DNA from: Octopus vulgaris
Lineage: Eukaryota
DNA: 64,000 nucleotides
NCBI GenBank assembly: GCA_951406725.2
Contig: OX597814.1
Coordinates: 149,172,001-149,236,000, forward strand
Reading direction: 5' to 3'
Part shown: in pieces, positions 12,559 through 28,084 of the stretch
Layout: each line of letters begins with the position of its first letter
Position numbering within the stretch: position 1 is the stretch's first letter
Notes under the pieces: model-generated
What the model was told of the DNA's origin: nothing
The model's input: the letters and a program-made list of their open reading frames with translations, nothing else
The model's database searches: none
Translations under genes and position numbers: made by a program

Positions 12559-15093
12559 CTTTATATATATATATATGCATGTATGTATGTATTTATATAT
12601 ATATATACACATATGTACATGTACGTACAAACAAGCATATATCCACACATACACACACACATACGACACACTTATATGTGTATATACTCTCACAAACACA
12701 AAAGCAATAGATAAGGTAATTTTCCTATCTTATCAATTCACCATAATCTCACTGATATTCCTTCTTAAATCTCTTAAGGGGTATTACTCTTCATTTTCTT
12801 GTCCTTGCTACCTAAGACATAATCCTTTCTCTTTTAAACACTCGTCTCTAGTATCATACAGAACTTCCAAATCAGCAGTTTTCTGGCGCCATTTACAATT
12901 CTGGAATTCTTATTCATCGTACGTCGCCAATCGGAAAGCTTTCTTATAAAATCTCTCAATGCACAACCAAAGGTGTTTTTTTTTTCTTGTTTTTTTTTTT
13001 GTTATTTTATATTTACCTCTATATATCAAGCGATGATGGGTTTTAGGGAGACATATTTACTTATTTATCTGTGTATTCTGTATATTTATTCATTGCGTAT
13101 CTTCGAGTTTATTGCTTCGCTTCAAAGAAACTGAATATCCCTGATTTATTTGCCTATACCCAACACCCCATCTACTAAGACAAACAATCTATAAAAATAG
13201 AAAAGTTGGAAGATCCTTTACTCTCTAACTTTTGGTATTGTCACCACATTAGCGAGCTATACAAGGCTGCCTTGTCATTGAATTCTTCAGATTTCAAAAA
13301 AGAAATTAAGCCAATAATATAAATACAAGCATAAACAAGATAAAGCGATAATATATATTACCAGATGTTTCCTCTGATTTATATTTTCCCGTCTCCCATC
13401 TGCTTTTCTCTACTCCTACTTTCTCTCTGTATATATCTGTCTGTGATACTAAGCATTTCTTTCCATGTATTTATATATTTATGGTTTTATCTTTTCTTTT
13501 ATTTTGATCGTACTTTATTTTACCGTTATCTGTTTTATTTTTTTCCACATCTTCTAGCTATAACTCTTCTTTGTTTCATGCCTTACTTAATTTATTTATT
13601 TCTTCTTTTCTTTGTTCATTTCTTCCTCTTTCTCTGTTTTGTGTTTATTTTCCATTCTTTCATTAATCCTTTATACATAATTTATACCCCATGTTTCTCT
13701 CCTTCTCATTCTAATTGCTTTTCTCTCCAGTTCTTCTCACCTTTACTCAAATTATTGCTTCTTTAAATTAGTGTTGGCCTCTACCAACAGCAGAGTTACA
13801 GTAGTGCTAAAATTCGAAGCGAGAAATCAAAGCACTACAATATGTTATTGATGATGTACTTAGTTCAATACTTGTAATTCTGAAGCATTTACCGTCGGTA
13901 AATACAATGCATTAAATCTAAGGAATAACAGAACTCTGGCACTGAAATGCATTTGGTTAGCTTGAAATTTTCAGTGTAAGACATTTCATATTTAAGCTCA
14001 GTTTAACGAATTTATCATGTCAGGCTATTTTGAGGTTAACTATTAAAACATGAAACCATATTTAATCAGAACATATTTTGTAATGTAGAACATTAGATAA
14101 TACATTTTAAAGATTACCATTCATGATCAAAACGGAAACAAATTCAAGTCTCTCTTATTGACCTAGTTCAATTGTTTAAACTAAAATTACAACGGCCATA
14201 CAAGCAGTGCAATATAGCTCCAACACTGATGAATTCAACTTGAGTAGGCGGAAAAATTACTTTTACCAATAAGAATATGTCAAACTGGCAAGAGAAAGGA
14301 AGAGAATGCGAAATCACTTCCCTGTGAGGAAGATGTTCATGCTGTTTTTTGGTCGGTGGTTTGATGTGTGTCATTTTTCATATGGTGTTTGGCGAGAAGG
14401 TTATTTATATCAAAATACCCTTTTTTCAGCTCTCTATTCTTCATCTATAATCCAACGTCTTTCTTTCCCTTGTAACCAAATCTCTCAGCCGTATATTAGC
14501 AATAATGCCTTCTAATTATTCAGTTTCATCTCTCTTACTCTCAGCTCACTCTTCCAACATCTGAACCGTCAGGAAATTTTTTCAACTATGTTGAATATAT
14601 TTATCGTTCTTCACTTCTCTCTCTCTCTCTCGCTGCAATCATAATCCCCAGTGACAATGCTTCATACTAATATCGTTAGAGCTTATGCCACATTAGAAAT
14701 TTTTTGAAATATTTGATCAAATTACAGTTCTCCTGTATCTGTTCGTTTCACTGACACGTACTTTCAAGCCATGTTATATCAATTACCACCTGAACACTTA
14801 GTCTTTGAGCAGAAAATATTGCCATTGCAGCTAATGCATCAATTGATCACTTCCTCATAGGAAGAGGTAAACTTGCAATAGATATAAGTCAATGCAGTTG
14901 CGTATAGCAATCGTGTAAAGGCATCAAAATTCTTGTAACCTAGATCTCAACTTTAAACGCCACACAAAAAAGCAAATATTTTCTTAGAACTTCCTTTTAT
15001 AAACTTTCCTTTTATAGTCAACAAATGTTGAAGATATCATTTCAACATATCTTTGAAGAGGTATATGTATATCTCTTTAAAGATATACGCAGA

Positions 15094-15588
15094 AGGCAAG
15101 GAGTGGCTGTGTGGTAAGTAGCTTGCCAACAAACCACATGCTTCTGGGTTCAGTCCCACTTCATGGCACCTTGCGCAAATGTCTTCTTATATAGCCTCGG
15201 GCCACCAAATCCTTGTGATTGTATTTGGTAGTAGGAAACTTTTAAAAACCTGTCGTATATATATATCAATAAGTCACTCAGATGCTATATATGTGTGTGT
15301 GAGTGTGAGTGAGTGTGTGTGTATGTGTGTGTGTGTGTCTGTGTGTGTGTGTGTGTGTTTGTCTCTGTGTGTTTGTGTCTGTGTTAGTGTGTGTGTCCCC
15401 ACCAACATCGCTTGACAACCGATGCCGGTGTGTTTACGTACCCGTAACTTAGCGGTTCGGCAAAAGAGATCAATAGAATGAGTAATAGGCTTACAAAGAA
15501 AAGTCCTGGGGTTGATTTGCTCGAGTAAAGACGGTGCTCCAGCATGGCCACATTCAAAGTGACTGAAACAAATAAAAGAAAAAAGAAT
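15094..15588 (+). mobile_element. Full-length tRNA-derived SINE (family A)
   Basis: GGCAAGGAGTGGCTGTGTGGTAAG...GGTTCAGTCCCAC...(TG)n...GGTGCTCCAGCATGGCC...GAAACAAATAAAAGA. Confidence 0.88.
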
Positions 15589-17204
15589 ACAATAATAAAA
15601 TTTGCTAAGTGTAAAATCTACGTTCAAACAATTATGGCTGTTTCTGTCAAAGAATTAACTCTTTTCCATAACGAACTCTTCGGTCGTTCTTTCTGTATAA
15701 CAATATGTCTGAACCCACAAACATCTCCACCATAGCTTTGAGCAACACTTTTCAAACTAGTTGCAGAAGTCCTATTCCTATCTCTTTCACTGGCCTATAA
15801 CTTTCACTACTTCTATCACATTCACAGTCTTTTGGCCTCCCAAATTCCTGCTGAGGGGATAAAATTCGCTGTTTCCCTTTCATCGTCCACGTAATTTTGC
15901 TATCCAATTACGACGTTGAGTCACGGTTGAGAGATGCAAACTATTCGTGAAGCGAAACCTGTAATATATCCTCGGACAAAGGTGTGAATTATAGTCTTCC
16001 GTAACATTGCAAAGAAACAATGTTACGGAAACATTCTTGTAGTAACATATAGAGTATTGTTAAAAATATATTTTACGCAAAGAGAAGTACTATTTCTTCT
16101 TTCAGTTTTCTACAACGGATAAATGGGAATCTGCTGCAAATAACTGGTTCAGATATGCACACTTTCATACAAGCATTTCCACTTGCATCACACTTCCATA
16201 GCGTACATCAGAATATCTCATTAAAAATGCTGTTTACTTATTCTAACTCAGATTCATTTTCTTTTCTTTTAAATTTAGTTCCAGCCCATATTTGTGTTGT
16301 AGGGATCAAAAATCGGGGCTTCGAATTAAATATCAATCATACTGGTCTACGGCATCAATAAGTCACTCAAATGCTATGGACATCCGTTTTTCCTCTGAAT
16401 AATAAAACTAATACACACATACACACACATATGTATATATGTATGTATATAGAAATATATACTTTATGCAAGTTATTTATTGTCCTTTTTTCTTTGCAAA
16501 AGTATCTTAACACGCATATATGAGCATACATTAGTGACAAGACGACAAATCAATCAACATCCTCCACCCTCACAATCATCGATCCTGTTATCCAGCCATT
16601 CATCCATTACTCTAATATCCTCTGCACATATCCACTTACGAAAATATCTCAGTTGCCTAGACACATAGTTAATACGTCAAGCAGATTTTTCATAATCGCA
16701 TTATTTAACGTATTTTCAGCCTTCAGGCTGATTATTCATTTTCGGTTGCACGTCTATTCTAGGATATCAATGTCGAGTTGTTGCTCGGAGACAGAAAATC
16801 TTCCGGTTTAGCAAGCTATCTTCATTGACGATGCTACAGCTTTAGTAGGAATGGTCCACACGCGTCTTGTCAAATTGAATCGAGCAGCAAAACAGAGGTT
16901 CACAATAGTTTTGCAATGCACTATCATGTTACATCTTCTTAATTAGAATAGATTAATCTGATGGCACCGTTTCATATTTCTTTCTTTTAAAACATTATGT
17001 TGACTATTTGTGATGGTGGTGACTGGATTATATGACATGTATGTTGAACGTCCAATCTTTATTCTTAGTGAGTATAGGTCTGTGTGTGCGATAACATTGT
17101 ACCCCATAAGTAAAGGAGCATTTAACTTTGATTTCTAATTCAAAAACCAAAGGCTATGATGCACACACATATATTTATATATGTATATATACATACACTC
17201 ACAT

Positions 17205-17290
<86 letters not shown>

Positions 17291-17804
17291 CATAATTGGG
17301 GTTCAGTAAAAAAGATTTACCTTACCACACTTTTAGAAATAGCAGCCAAAAAATTTAGCTATTTCCTCTACTATAAAAAGAGTCTCCCAGAAAATGTATA
17401 CTCAAAAACAATTCACGTAGGTATAGAGGGAAAAATAACGAAAGGTCACACGTACTTCGATTACTTGAGAACGCCGTTTCTGGGTTATAAGATATAGATA
17501 TGCTAGAAATACATACCCATATCAACATTCCTGTCATCAGCCCAAGATTTCGTTAAGTTTAAATTTGAGAGCACTAAAAATCGAACATACCCGTCTGATA
17601 GGAATAATCCCAGACGAACCATCTTCGACCGCCAGTACTAACGAATTCAAAAAGTACGAATGAGGCTTTATATCCTTCCCCGTCCACCTATGTGAGTTAT
17701 AGAGCAACAAATTCCTACAGAGGAATTCGTAGTTTATTATCAGGGAGAGAGAATTATATTGTCAATAATAAAAGGGTAAAATTATTAATTAATTAATTTT
17801 ACCC

Positions 17805-17932
<128 letters not shown>

Positions 17933-17935
17933 TAA

Positions 17936-18155
17936 AAATATTGTGTACATTACAACACATTAAGAGGCTTTCAAATAGGAAAGCCTTATGCTAGAAAGCG
18001 CAGTAGAAGGCTTTCCTATTTTGAAGCCTCTTAATGTGTTCTAATGTACACGATATTTCTATGTGAATGATATATTGTCTATTGACTATTTTTTTGTGCT
18101 AGGCCACTGGTAATAATAATTTCTATAATTCTTATTAACCTAATATTATTTATTA
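17936..18155. repeat. Fold-back insert: ~52-bp inverted arms plus unique tail, in (TAGA)n
   Basis: 17936-17987 vs 18007-18058 reverse complementary; a smaller palindrome lies at 17769-17810. Confidence 0.8.
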
Positions 18156-20722
18156 GATAGATTGATAGATACATACATACATACATACATACATACTTAC
18201 ATATTTGCATATATATATATATATATATACACACACATATATATATATATACATACATACGTATTTTATACTATATTATATTGTATTACATCATAAATAT
18301 TCTTGTATATAGTGCCAAATGAAGTATACGAGCTACTACAATTTTAGGCTCTTACAATATATTCAGTGAGGTTTTGCGACCAGGCAGGTTTTACTACATA
18401 ACACCATCATACGGATTACTGTGACAGTGAGATTCTTTCCTCCAACAAATTTAGCCACACACAGTGGGATTGAATTTTAATGTAAATATAGATAGAGGCT
18501 TATACAATTTCTCAGGCATATAATATGTTACCTAATCAGAAGGATACTTTTTACTTCAGAACTTATATCAATCGAACACGTGCCAGTGTAATACCCACAC
18601 ACTTCGCACGCATATCCAGCACTCACTTTGTTGATTTGCAAAGAAATAACATTTGCAATATGTGACATCTTCAGTCTCTAATCTAAGCTGTACGGTTTAG
18701 ATCACTAGAAATTCTTATATGAATTTAGCTGATGGTGATATTGAGTATGCAGTAGATTAATATAGACTTTTTCTTTAATTTACACTGCACATCTCTAAGA
18801 ATAAAAATTGCTCACCAAGAGAGTTTCTAAGTTGTCTTTTTATCACTCTACTAGAAAAAATACAGCTACATTTCCTGTACAATACACCCATTGTTTGAAT
18901 AGCCAAACACTCACAGCAGTGCTTAGGGGTAAAATTTTATAAACTTTAACTCCATCACTTCTACATATTTTAGTTAATTAAAGTTTTCAACAAATTGAAT
19001 TTGGCTCTTCCCATTGTTGAATTTCACTTAAGTAAAAGCTCTTAAGAATAGTCTAATTCTGTAAATCTTGTAAAAGTTGCAGTAAAAAAATCTTATGAAG
19101 TAGAATGGTAGCCAAATCGGAATATGAGTAACACCTGGTATTGCGTTTAAACCATCAATTCTCTGCTACACTTGCACAATAATTAACGAAATAAAAGATC
19201 TAAATGAGAGGACACTTAAACCAAAAACAGTATCGACATTGTTAATACCAAAATAAAATTGATGGCATAAAAATTGGTCAAATGTTATTACAATTATTTT
19301 CCCACTAAAACAAAATATATGGAGCAAATAAGTGACTAAATTCAAGGGCAATTACTTATATATTTTATGGTCTTGGAATCCTTTTCAGTAAAGTTCAATA
19401 AAAGAGAAGAGGGCTAGTGTTGAGCTCGCTTCGAAATTTCAACGATTTAGGTACAGCTCCTGATTCAGCTTGGTTCAGAAGTAAGTGTGTATAATGCATA
19501 TTTATTAGAGTTTAGTGTTGCATAAGCTAAAAAATAATTTTCCTATTTTTATAATATTTTAAAATATTTTTATAATATTTTAAAATATATTATAATTAAT
19601 ATATGTTATATAGATAGTGGATTTTGCATGCCAACATCAACTTCCTAAGTGCAACATTTTGACGAACGAAATATGGATTTGGTGCAATCGATATCCTCAT
19701 TTGTCATTCAAATAACAAGTTTCTTTGAAAATAAGATTATTCTTAGATTTAAATCACATGTATACCATTTTAATCTCTATAAATCATACTTGTCACGCGC
19801 CGTTTTCAAAGTAGTATTTATTTTTGTTTGGTTAAGCATTGCTGAATATGTATTTTTTACAAGAAATTATAAGGAATCTTCAATATAAATCTTTACTAAA
19901 ATAGTATATGTGACTGCTTACAACCAAGAACAGGTCCATAATTACATTGGTTTCAAATTTTGGTACAAAGCCAGTAATACTGGGGAAGAGAGTATGTTGA
20001 TTACATCGACCCCAATGATCAATTGGTACATAATTCTACAAGGCGTGGAAACGATTCTGCAAGCACGCCGCCTTAAGTTCCCTGAATTATATTCAGAAAT
20101 TTTAAAGTATTATATCAAAATTTGATAAATTAATAACATTTAGCATCAAAGATTTTTCATGCTAAAAATTATCATTTGAAATGTATTTTTGTTTTAACTC
20201 AGATGGTTTTTAAGAATAATAATTTTTCAACTCAAAATGTCTTTGAACTTAAAAACAACGCTCAAAATGTTTTGGTAGTATATTAAACTTTTACAAAAAA
20301 TAATTTTGAATGTTTTAATTCCTTGAGATATGTTTTTAATTGCTTACGTTGGTCTTTATTTAACTCTCATTTTTCTATCACTCTCCGCCCGATCATTATT
20401 TAAGGAGGTGGCAAGTGCAGAAAAGGACTGTGCAAAATAGCCTTCAAGCATAATTGCGAGTTTCTGTATGACACATCCAAGCCATCACTAAGCTTGCGAT
20501 CCAATGTTTGCTTTCTTATGCTAGCATCAAGAACATTTAGAACCTGAATCAATGGAAAGATCTATAACGTCCTTAATGTGTTTCTCGAAGAGGATTTATG
20601 CCTCAATCTGATCAACTCATATTTTCTGTGCAGCATTCTGACACGCATCAACCAGTTCATCTTCTGATAATTTTATTCTCATTTTTCTCCTTTATCACTA
20701 CTTCTGAACTTTTCAAACTTAC

Positions 20723-20836
20723 TTTTTGACTATGGTTTAAACATTCTGAAAACATTTTAGCGCTAATCTTTTTAAGCGTTTCTCGCAATAACAGGCATTC
20801 TTTTGAATTTGAAAGTGTTGTCTTTAAAAGCAAGAA
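20723..20836 (-). other. Candidate isolated 114-nt exon
   Basis: Minus ccttttttctttccag| ... |gtaagt; open phase-0 frame FLLLKTTLSNSKECLLLRETLKKISAKMFSECLNHSQK; no recognised homology. Confidence 0.2.
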
Positions 20837-23800
20837 CTGGAAAGAAAAAAGGTGTCGTTGGAGTGACAGCAGCAATAAACTAAAGCTGAAAATATAGGAC
20901 GATAAAAAATATTGGCTTCAAAATATTGGTGCTGAATCAGGATTTGAATTTGATTACGCCTTTAGAGAAAAATTGGGGAAATGTTTGAGTGAGAACTAGT
21001 CTCACTTATCAGAACTCTGTTAACTTTATGAAATATGAAGGGCCAATTTCTAACTACCCCCAATACATTCCTCGATACATGTCCAATTACGATGGCAGGT
21101 AATGGCTTCTGCGGAGGGGAGTCTGAGATAATGTTTGTGCACGTTAGGGAAAAGAGGTTTTATAAAAGCTACAAGTGTGGCGACTTGAATTCTTTCTATG
21201 TATTAAGAGTCAAAGCATTTTGAATTTTCAGAGATCTATTGGTGTAGGTTCTTAGCACATTTTCATTAGTGGGAAAAGCAGAACACCTGAAACTGTGAAG
21301 CCATTTTCTCGCATCATTTTTTTAGCTGAATGCTCTCTACTCTCTTTTCGATTGTTACTAACCAATTTGAAGTACATCATCGTCGCTTCTACTCACTTAT
21401 TGAGCGTATATATTTGTACGCTTAAATGACACCTCCGTTATGGTTGGAAAAGTATGAGAAATATAGTTGAATTTTTTCTTCAATTTTAGAAGGCAGGATA
21501 CATATTCGTCATATACGTGTGATTCAGCCTCTTCCTATCGTATAAATATCTTATACTATACTATGCGGTGTAAATATTGGCAGTTCCATTTTTAGGAGGA
21601 TTTAAAATATGAAGAAGAGTAGAATTTATTCTATTTGAATGAAAATGCGAACAGTAAATGCTTTATTGTATTTCAATCCCTATTTGAGCTGCAATCTTTT
21701 TAAGCTTTCACATTGCATTTTCTGTATTTTTCTTGGTACCATTATTAAAGTGTATCACTCATGTTCTCGTATTTTCCGCGCTATTTTCTATGCAATTCCC
21801 AAGAATGCCATGGAGCACAAATTTACTTGGTTAGAGATGACATGGTTTAAACCATGATCAGCGATAAAGAAATCGTCCTCAAAAATGCCGTAATAACTAT
21901 TTAGACATTCATCTGCAACAATATTGTATATTTTGTTTTGTATATCGCGCTGGCTTTAGATAGTAACTGGTTTGTATAGGTTAATCATTGGTTTATTCAC
22001 GTTGAAAAAAGAATTGAACGATACCCTGTTAAAATGGGGGAAAAGAAGTATAATGAAGAGAAGCGATTGTGAGTTGTAAACTTTAAATAAGAAATGTGGA
22101 AAACATTAAGAAAACATTGAAAGTAGGATTAAAATGAAAATAGAAAAATAGTCAAATTGAAAATGAAATTTAAATGGATATGGTAATTAATGTCAACAGA
22201 TTGAGGAAATTTTAACATTCTGTGTCAGCCAAACGTTAACAGAAGAATGGAAACCAAAATCAAAAACCTGAAGATAAAAGGGAAGCAAATTAATAAAAAA
22301 ATTATGATGCAATTATATAGCATACTCAGGCTGGAAACAAAATCTTGAGTTTAAAAAAATTATCAAAAGAGACTGAATGGCTCCTTACACACATACACAC
22401 ACACGCACTACAAAACAAAAAAAAATCACAAAAGAGAGCAGATATCCCACAGAACATTTCAGATTGTAATATTAACAGAGTTAAACGAAGCGTGATAAGT
22501 GGCGCTGAGACGTAAAAACGACCGCATTAAATAGCAAAAGATGTCAGATGATAATAAAATGAAGGAAAGCGAGAAAAGAAGATGTCCATGTTGGCTTTTG
22601 ATGTTACGTTGCTGTTATTTATCTTTTTATTCTATTTATTTTTTTCTCGATTTCAACATTTTTTTTTTCAAATACCATATGAGAATTGTAAAAATGGTAT
22701 TTCTAAAGTAATGAGTGTTACCACGTACCTACGAATAACTTTGAAATCAACTGCATTACTGGTGTTGTAAAACCGCGAAGGTATTACACAGAATTTATTA
22801 GTGTTCCTTGATGTTGTTTTATTAGTTTTGTAAATTGTCACGTTTCTTCACAATTGTAATACTAATGAGAAGTGTGGAACAAATGGAATGAGTAAGACGA
22901 AACTCTTTTTTACTGTAATTGCTTTTAATATTTTGTTATTTTATTTTGTTTTATCATATTAACTAACTATAATGTATATATCAACCAAATCAAGTAGCAG
23001 TAAAATGTATGAACATTGATTCTTTTAGAACTTCAAGTTGCTGATGACAATATGGAAATAGTTTTACTGCATTAATCAAGAAATATAAAACTTCTATCTG
23101 GAGCAAACAGTATAATATGCATTTCCGCAAATGATATAACCTTAAGATTAAGGGCAAAGAGAACTAGCAATCATAATATAATTCGAATTATGTACATATT
23201 CAGTTCACCGTTTCGTTTGAAGTTGAATTTTTAATCACAGTTACTTAGGACGATTTACATTTATGCCAAAATTCACCCATCAACATAAAACAGTGTTCAA
23301 CCTCGACAACATAATCCAAGAAATTACACATGATTTTTCTATCAAAATGCAAATTTTTACGATTCATTTGTAAGTAGTTTTTACTCTTTACTGTGTAAGT
23401 GGAAAAAAAACTTTCAAACTGGAGAAATGACTTTGCTCGTATCCATTCCCAAGCTTAATTCCACCCTCCAAATGCAAACTTTAGTATCTTCAGCATAACA
23501 TAATATGATCAAATCTAGTAACACTCCTTTGATATATATATATATATATTCAACTAGAGTTAAGCGTAACAAAAACATTTACACTTCAGAAGAATTAAAC
23601 AGTTAAGTTCGGGCGGAAAAATAGAAAGGAAATATAAACAACGATAAATAACTAGTTCTTTGTTTGACCATAACGTTACAGAGAAGACTTCAAGCATTTA
23701 TTGTATCAGTTATCTCTTCCTTTTTGAAGATTCCATGTTGAGCATATTCTAAATAATGTGCAAAAATTGTCATGAGAGGAAATCTGATGAAAAATTAAAT

Positions 23801-24904
23801 TATGTTCGAGTCACATATGTTTCTATCTGTGCTCCCACCATGACCTCTGACTAGAAAACGCCAGTTTTTAAATTATTGATTGTACAAAACTGAGTATCTA
23901 ATAATATTGATTCTCACTGAAAGGAAAAGAAATTAAATAATCTTAATCTTTGTACGTTATAAAATGTAATAGCCAATCAGATCATATAAAGAATAATCTA
24001 TTCTATTTTAAACTATTTTTCCGACAGTGGCATAGAGGAATTTTTATGTTGTTGACCTTGCTACATTCAGAAAGCTTTTAGCCAGACTCGAAATCGCATT
24101 TTCACCCAAGACTGTTGTGCTTATGAAGGAAATTATAATACTCCTTGAGCGTGAGAGCAGAATAACTTTGCACAAGTTTCTTCTACTTGAAATTAATTCC
24201 ATATATTGTTGGTTTACTATATATCACATGGTAAAAAGTGTAGAAACAGCTATAGCTCTTTGTAGTCATTTACTTTAGATATTATATTCAGAAATTAGTA
24301 ATAGAATTGAATATTCAACTGCATTGTTAGAAGAACGATCCTGACTAATCCTCACAGAATTAACAGAACTACGCGAAGCGAACTAACAAAGCTCATCGAT
24401 TTCATAATACTGCAGCTGCTTAGGGAGGTGAGCGCTTTAACGAGGAGGTACTTACAGCTACAAGGACTAAGTTGATGAGAGTTGTGTATATTGCCCATAA
24501 TAAAATTGATCAATTGATTAAACAACAGCGCATTACCCGTGTTTCAGAGAGAAATGGCTCTTCTTGACGGCCACTTGTTCCATATACTTTTCTCCAAGAA
24601 ATGGATAATATAAAATCGCATCGGGTTTTCAATGCTACAATTTCGAAACATGCAATGAGAGAAAAGGGCTACTCTTATACCTATATTCCTACATATACAT
24701 ACTACATAGATGTATACACATGTACATGCATACATCTATACATACATACGTACGTACATACGCACATGCATATATACATGTATGTATATGTGTGTATATG
24801 AGTATATGTATCACTATATATATGTATATGAATATATATATATATGTATGTATGTGAATATATATATATATGTAGAGAGAGAGAGAAGAGGAGGAGGAGG
24901 AGAA

Positions 24905-24905
24905 A

Positions 24906-24951
<46 letters not shown>

Positions 24952-25033
24952 AGAAGAAGAAGAAGAAGAAGAAGAAGAAGAAGAAGAAGAAGAAGAAGAA
25001 GAAGAAGAAGAAGAAGAAGAAGAAGAAGAAGAA
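24905..25033 (+). repeat. (GAA)n microsatellite
   Basis: Direct reading. Confidence 0.95.
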
Positions 25034-25158
25034 TGAAAGACTGAACGAAAGCATGTTTAGTGAGAAAGATTAAATGCCAGTGAGAAATATATTTAGAGTA
25101 AGAGATGACACATAGAGATGATAGCATGTGATGCCATATTGTACGTATGTGTGGGCCT

Positions 25159-25215
<57 letters not shown>

Positions 25216-26009
25216 AGAGAGAGATTTTATATCCAAATTTTCTATAAATCTATGAGCCCAATATGGTGCTGGAGTATAGTACGACGGAATCCAAAGAACT
25301 ATTTGAAGTAGGAATTAAATGAAGCTCTCAGTTAAAAACAGTAGCAGCAACAGCAGCAGCAGTAGTAGTAGTAGTAGTAGTAGAAGTAGTAGTAGTAGTT
25401 GTTGTTGTTGTTGTTGTTGTTGTAGCGGCAGTAGTAGTCATGTGTCATTGCAGGTCCAGGTGGCCGATTGAAACAAAGCCGACCGTTGACACTGCAGCAA
25501 CGAGCCTAGTGATATATGTTGGGTTAATTGACCATTTTCTGCAGCCTTTTCAGATGTGGACATCCAAATAATTCAATAATTACAGAATCTCTTCCCCTGT
25601 GTTAACTGACATCTCCATTCAACCTAATCTCAAATGGCGATGCTGCTCTCATTTGCCCTCTATTTCCACTCTATCGTTTATCATCTCTCCCCCTTTCTCG
25701 CTAATCCACCGACGTTTCGTCAAATCGAGGTCGCTTAAATGTCAGGCTGCTACATTAGATAATGGAAGGTATTAATGAGATGTATGCATGTATATATACC
25801 CTCTTCGTATGAATGTACATACGCAGTCGTTTGTGTATGTATGTGTAATATTTCTTGGCTTCATGTATTTATACTACTTTTATACGCTTGTATGAATAGC
25901 TATTTATACGCGTGTATGTGTGTGCATATATAATTATATATGAAGTGTACGTAAAAATGAGTTTGTATGTTTTACACGCGTACGTGTGCTTGTGAGTGTA
26001 ATAGTATTT

Positions 26010-26240
26010 CATTTATTCTTTTACTTGCGTCCATGTTGGAGCACCGCCTTGAATGGTTTTAGTCAAAGAAATCGAGCCCGAACCTATTGTTTGTAAGCCC
26101 AGCACAGTATGTATCGTATCGATCTTTTGCCGAACCACTATGTTACGGAGACCTAATCACGCCAGCATCAGTTGTCAAGCGATGGTGGGGAACCAAGCTA
26201 AAACAAAAGTACACAAGTATATACATATATATATATATAT

Positions 26241-26274
<34 letters not shown>

Positions 26275-26322
26275 CTAGTTTCAGCTTATGAGCTGTGGCC
26301 ATGCTGGGGCACCGCCATTTGG
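26010..26322 (-). mobile_element. SINE family A 3' fragments
   Basis: CCATGTTGGAGCACCGCC...GCCGAACC...GTTGTCAAGCGATGGTGGGG; second GGCCATGCTGGGGCACCGCC near 26300. Confidence 0.7.
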
Positions 26323-26324
26323 TA

Positions 26325-26358
<34 letters not shown>

Positions 26359-26441
26359 CATATATACATATATATATATATATACACATATACATATATA
26401 CATATATACATACATACATATATACATATATACATATATAC

Positions 26442-26472
<31 letters not shown>

Positions 26473-26792
26473 CATATATATATATATACATATATACATA
26501 TATACATATATATATACATACATATATACACACATACATACATATATATATACATACATATATATATATACACATACATATATACATATACATATACATA
26601 CACATACATATACATATATATACATATACACATACACACATACATATATACACACATATACATATACATATATATATATATATACACATATATACATATA
26701 TACACATATATATACATATATATACACATATATGCATATATATACATACATATACATATATATATATAAATATTTATATATATATATATATA
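26323..26792. repeat. Compound (TA)n/(TACA)n microsatellite
   Basis: Direct reading. Confidence 0.95.
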
Positions 26793-26968
26793 TAGTTAAT
26801 CCAAACAAGAAAGCACAAAAGAACACAACAACGTGAGGACGTGGAACAAATACAGTAATATTGGACGCTCAGGAAAGAAGGAAAAAAGAAGGGTTTAACG
26901 TTTCGAGCGGAGCTCTTCGTCGGAAACATAGGAGATCCAGAGAAGGGAAGACGGAGGAAAAAAATCGC

Positions 26969-26973
<5 letters not shown>
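26793..26973 (-). mobile_element. PLE-type 3' end with hammerhead-like motif (26893-26927)
   Basis: Reverse-complement homologue of 36500-36688; minus GTTT-CCGACGA-A-GAGC-tcc-GCTC-GAAA-CG-TT-AAAC; (TA)n both sides. Confidence 0.75.
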
Positions 26974-27033
<60 letters not shown>

Positions 27034-27079
27034 GATATATTATATATATATATGTATATGTATGTATATATATATATAT

Positions 27080-27981
27080 TAGTTCATCCCATAAATAATG
27101 CAGTTTTAATACTTTGTTTATACAAAGTTCTTGGATATAGGTTCTTTTTTAATCTAAAATTTATTCCCCTTCATTTTCTACAATACTCTTCCATCTATCT
27201 GGTACACTTCCAAGGCCCGTCTTCTAAAATTGACTCGACCGTGGCGAAAATTACCCTCCAGTACTGTTCTAGCGGCGTCTACAAAATTCATATTTTTCCG
27301 TCCAAATAATTTTGAAAACTGCGTCGTGAATTAATAAATTAGATGAGGCAATATCTAACGAAGGGTACCCTTTCCTATTCAAACTGCTCCAGCCTTTGGA
27401 ATGTCTAACTCGCTGTATGTGGTTGATGCATTATCCTTTCGTCTTGAAACCAAAGATGGTCGTATTCCGATGGCACGCAGGTGCCGATGAATGGTTGAAT
27501 GACCAAATCCAAGTCTCTCTGCTAGTTGCTTAACAATTACGACGAGATTTTGTTTCACCAGCGTTTGTAGGACGTCCTCGTCGAGCCCTACTGATCTCCC
27601 AGGATGAGGGTCCTTTTCTAGACTGTAGTATCTGGCTCAGAATTTCTGGAACCACCGTTGACACTGGATTACATTTATTGCCCGATCCCCATACATTATA
27701 TTAATATTCCTCGCACTTTGCATTGCGTTGTTGCCTTTATTGAACACATAAAGTAAAATATGCCGAATATGCTCCTTTATTACTTCCATTATAGCTTTGA
27801 AAAATAACTGTTAAAATCGAACTGCACTCTTCAAAACTTGCACCAAGAATAAGTAGAAGTTAAAATTGCTATCTGCTTTTAAAGCAAATTGATATATGTA
27901 TATTGATATATATATATATCCCGTCCCCCTCCGACTTTTAGTTCATGCAATTGAAAACACTGCATTATTTATGGAATGACC

Positions 27982-27983
<2 letters not shown>
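27080..27983 (-). mobile_element. Internally deleted mariner (Tc1/mariner) transposon
   Basis: TIRs TCATCCCATAAATAATGCAG and CTGCATTATTTATGGAATGA in (TA)n; minus remnants HIRHILLYVFNKG..YGDRAINVIQCQRWFQKF..LEKDPHPGRS..LAERLGFGHSTIHRHLRAIG and ..PDRWKSIVENEGE. Confidence 0.88.
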
Positions 27984-28079
<96 letters not shown>

Positions 28080-28084
28080 GTGTG

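Noticed and set aside
15094-15170. tRNA gene
   Set aside because: A/B-box-like head continues into a SINE body; no full cloverleaf
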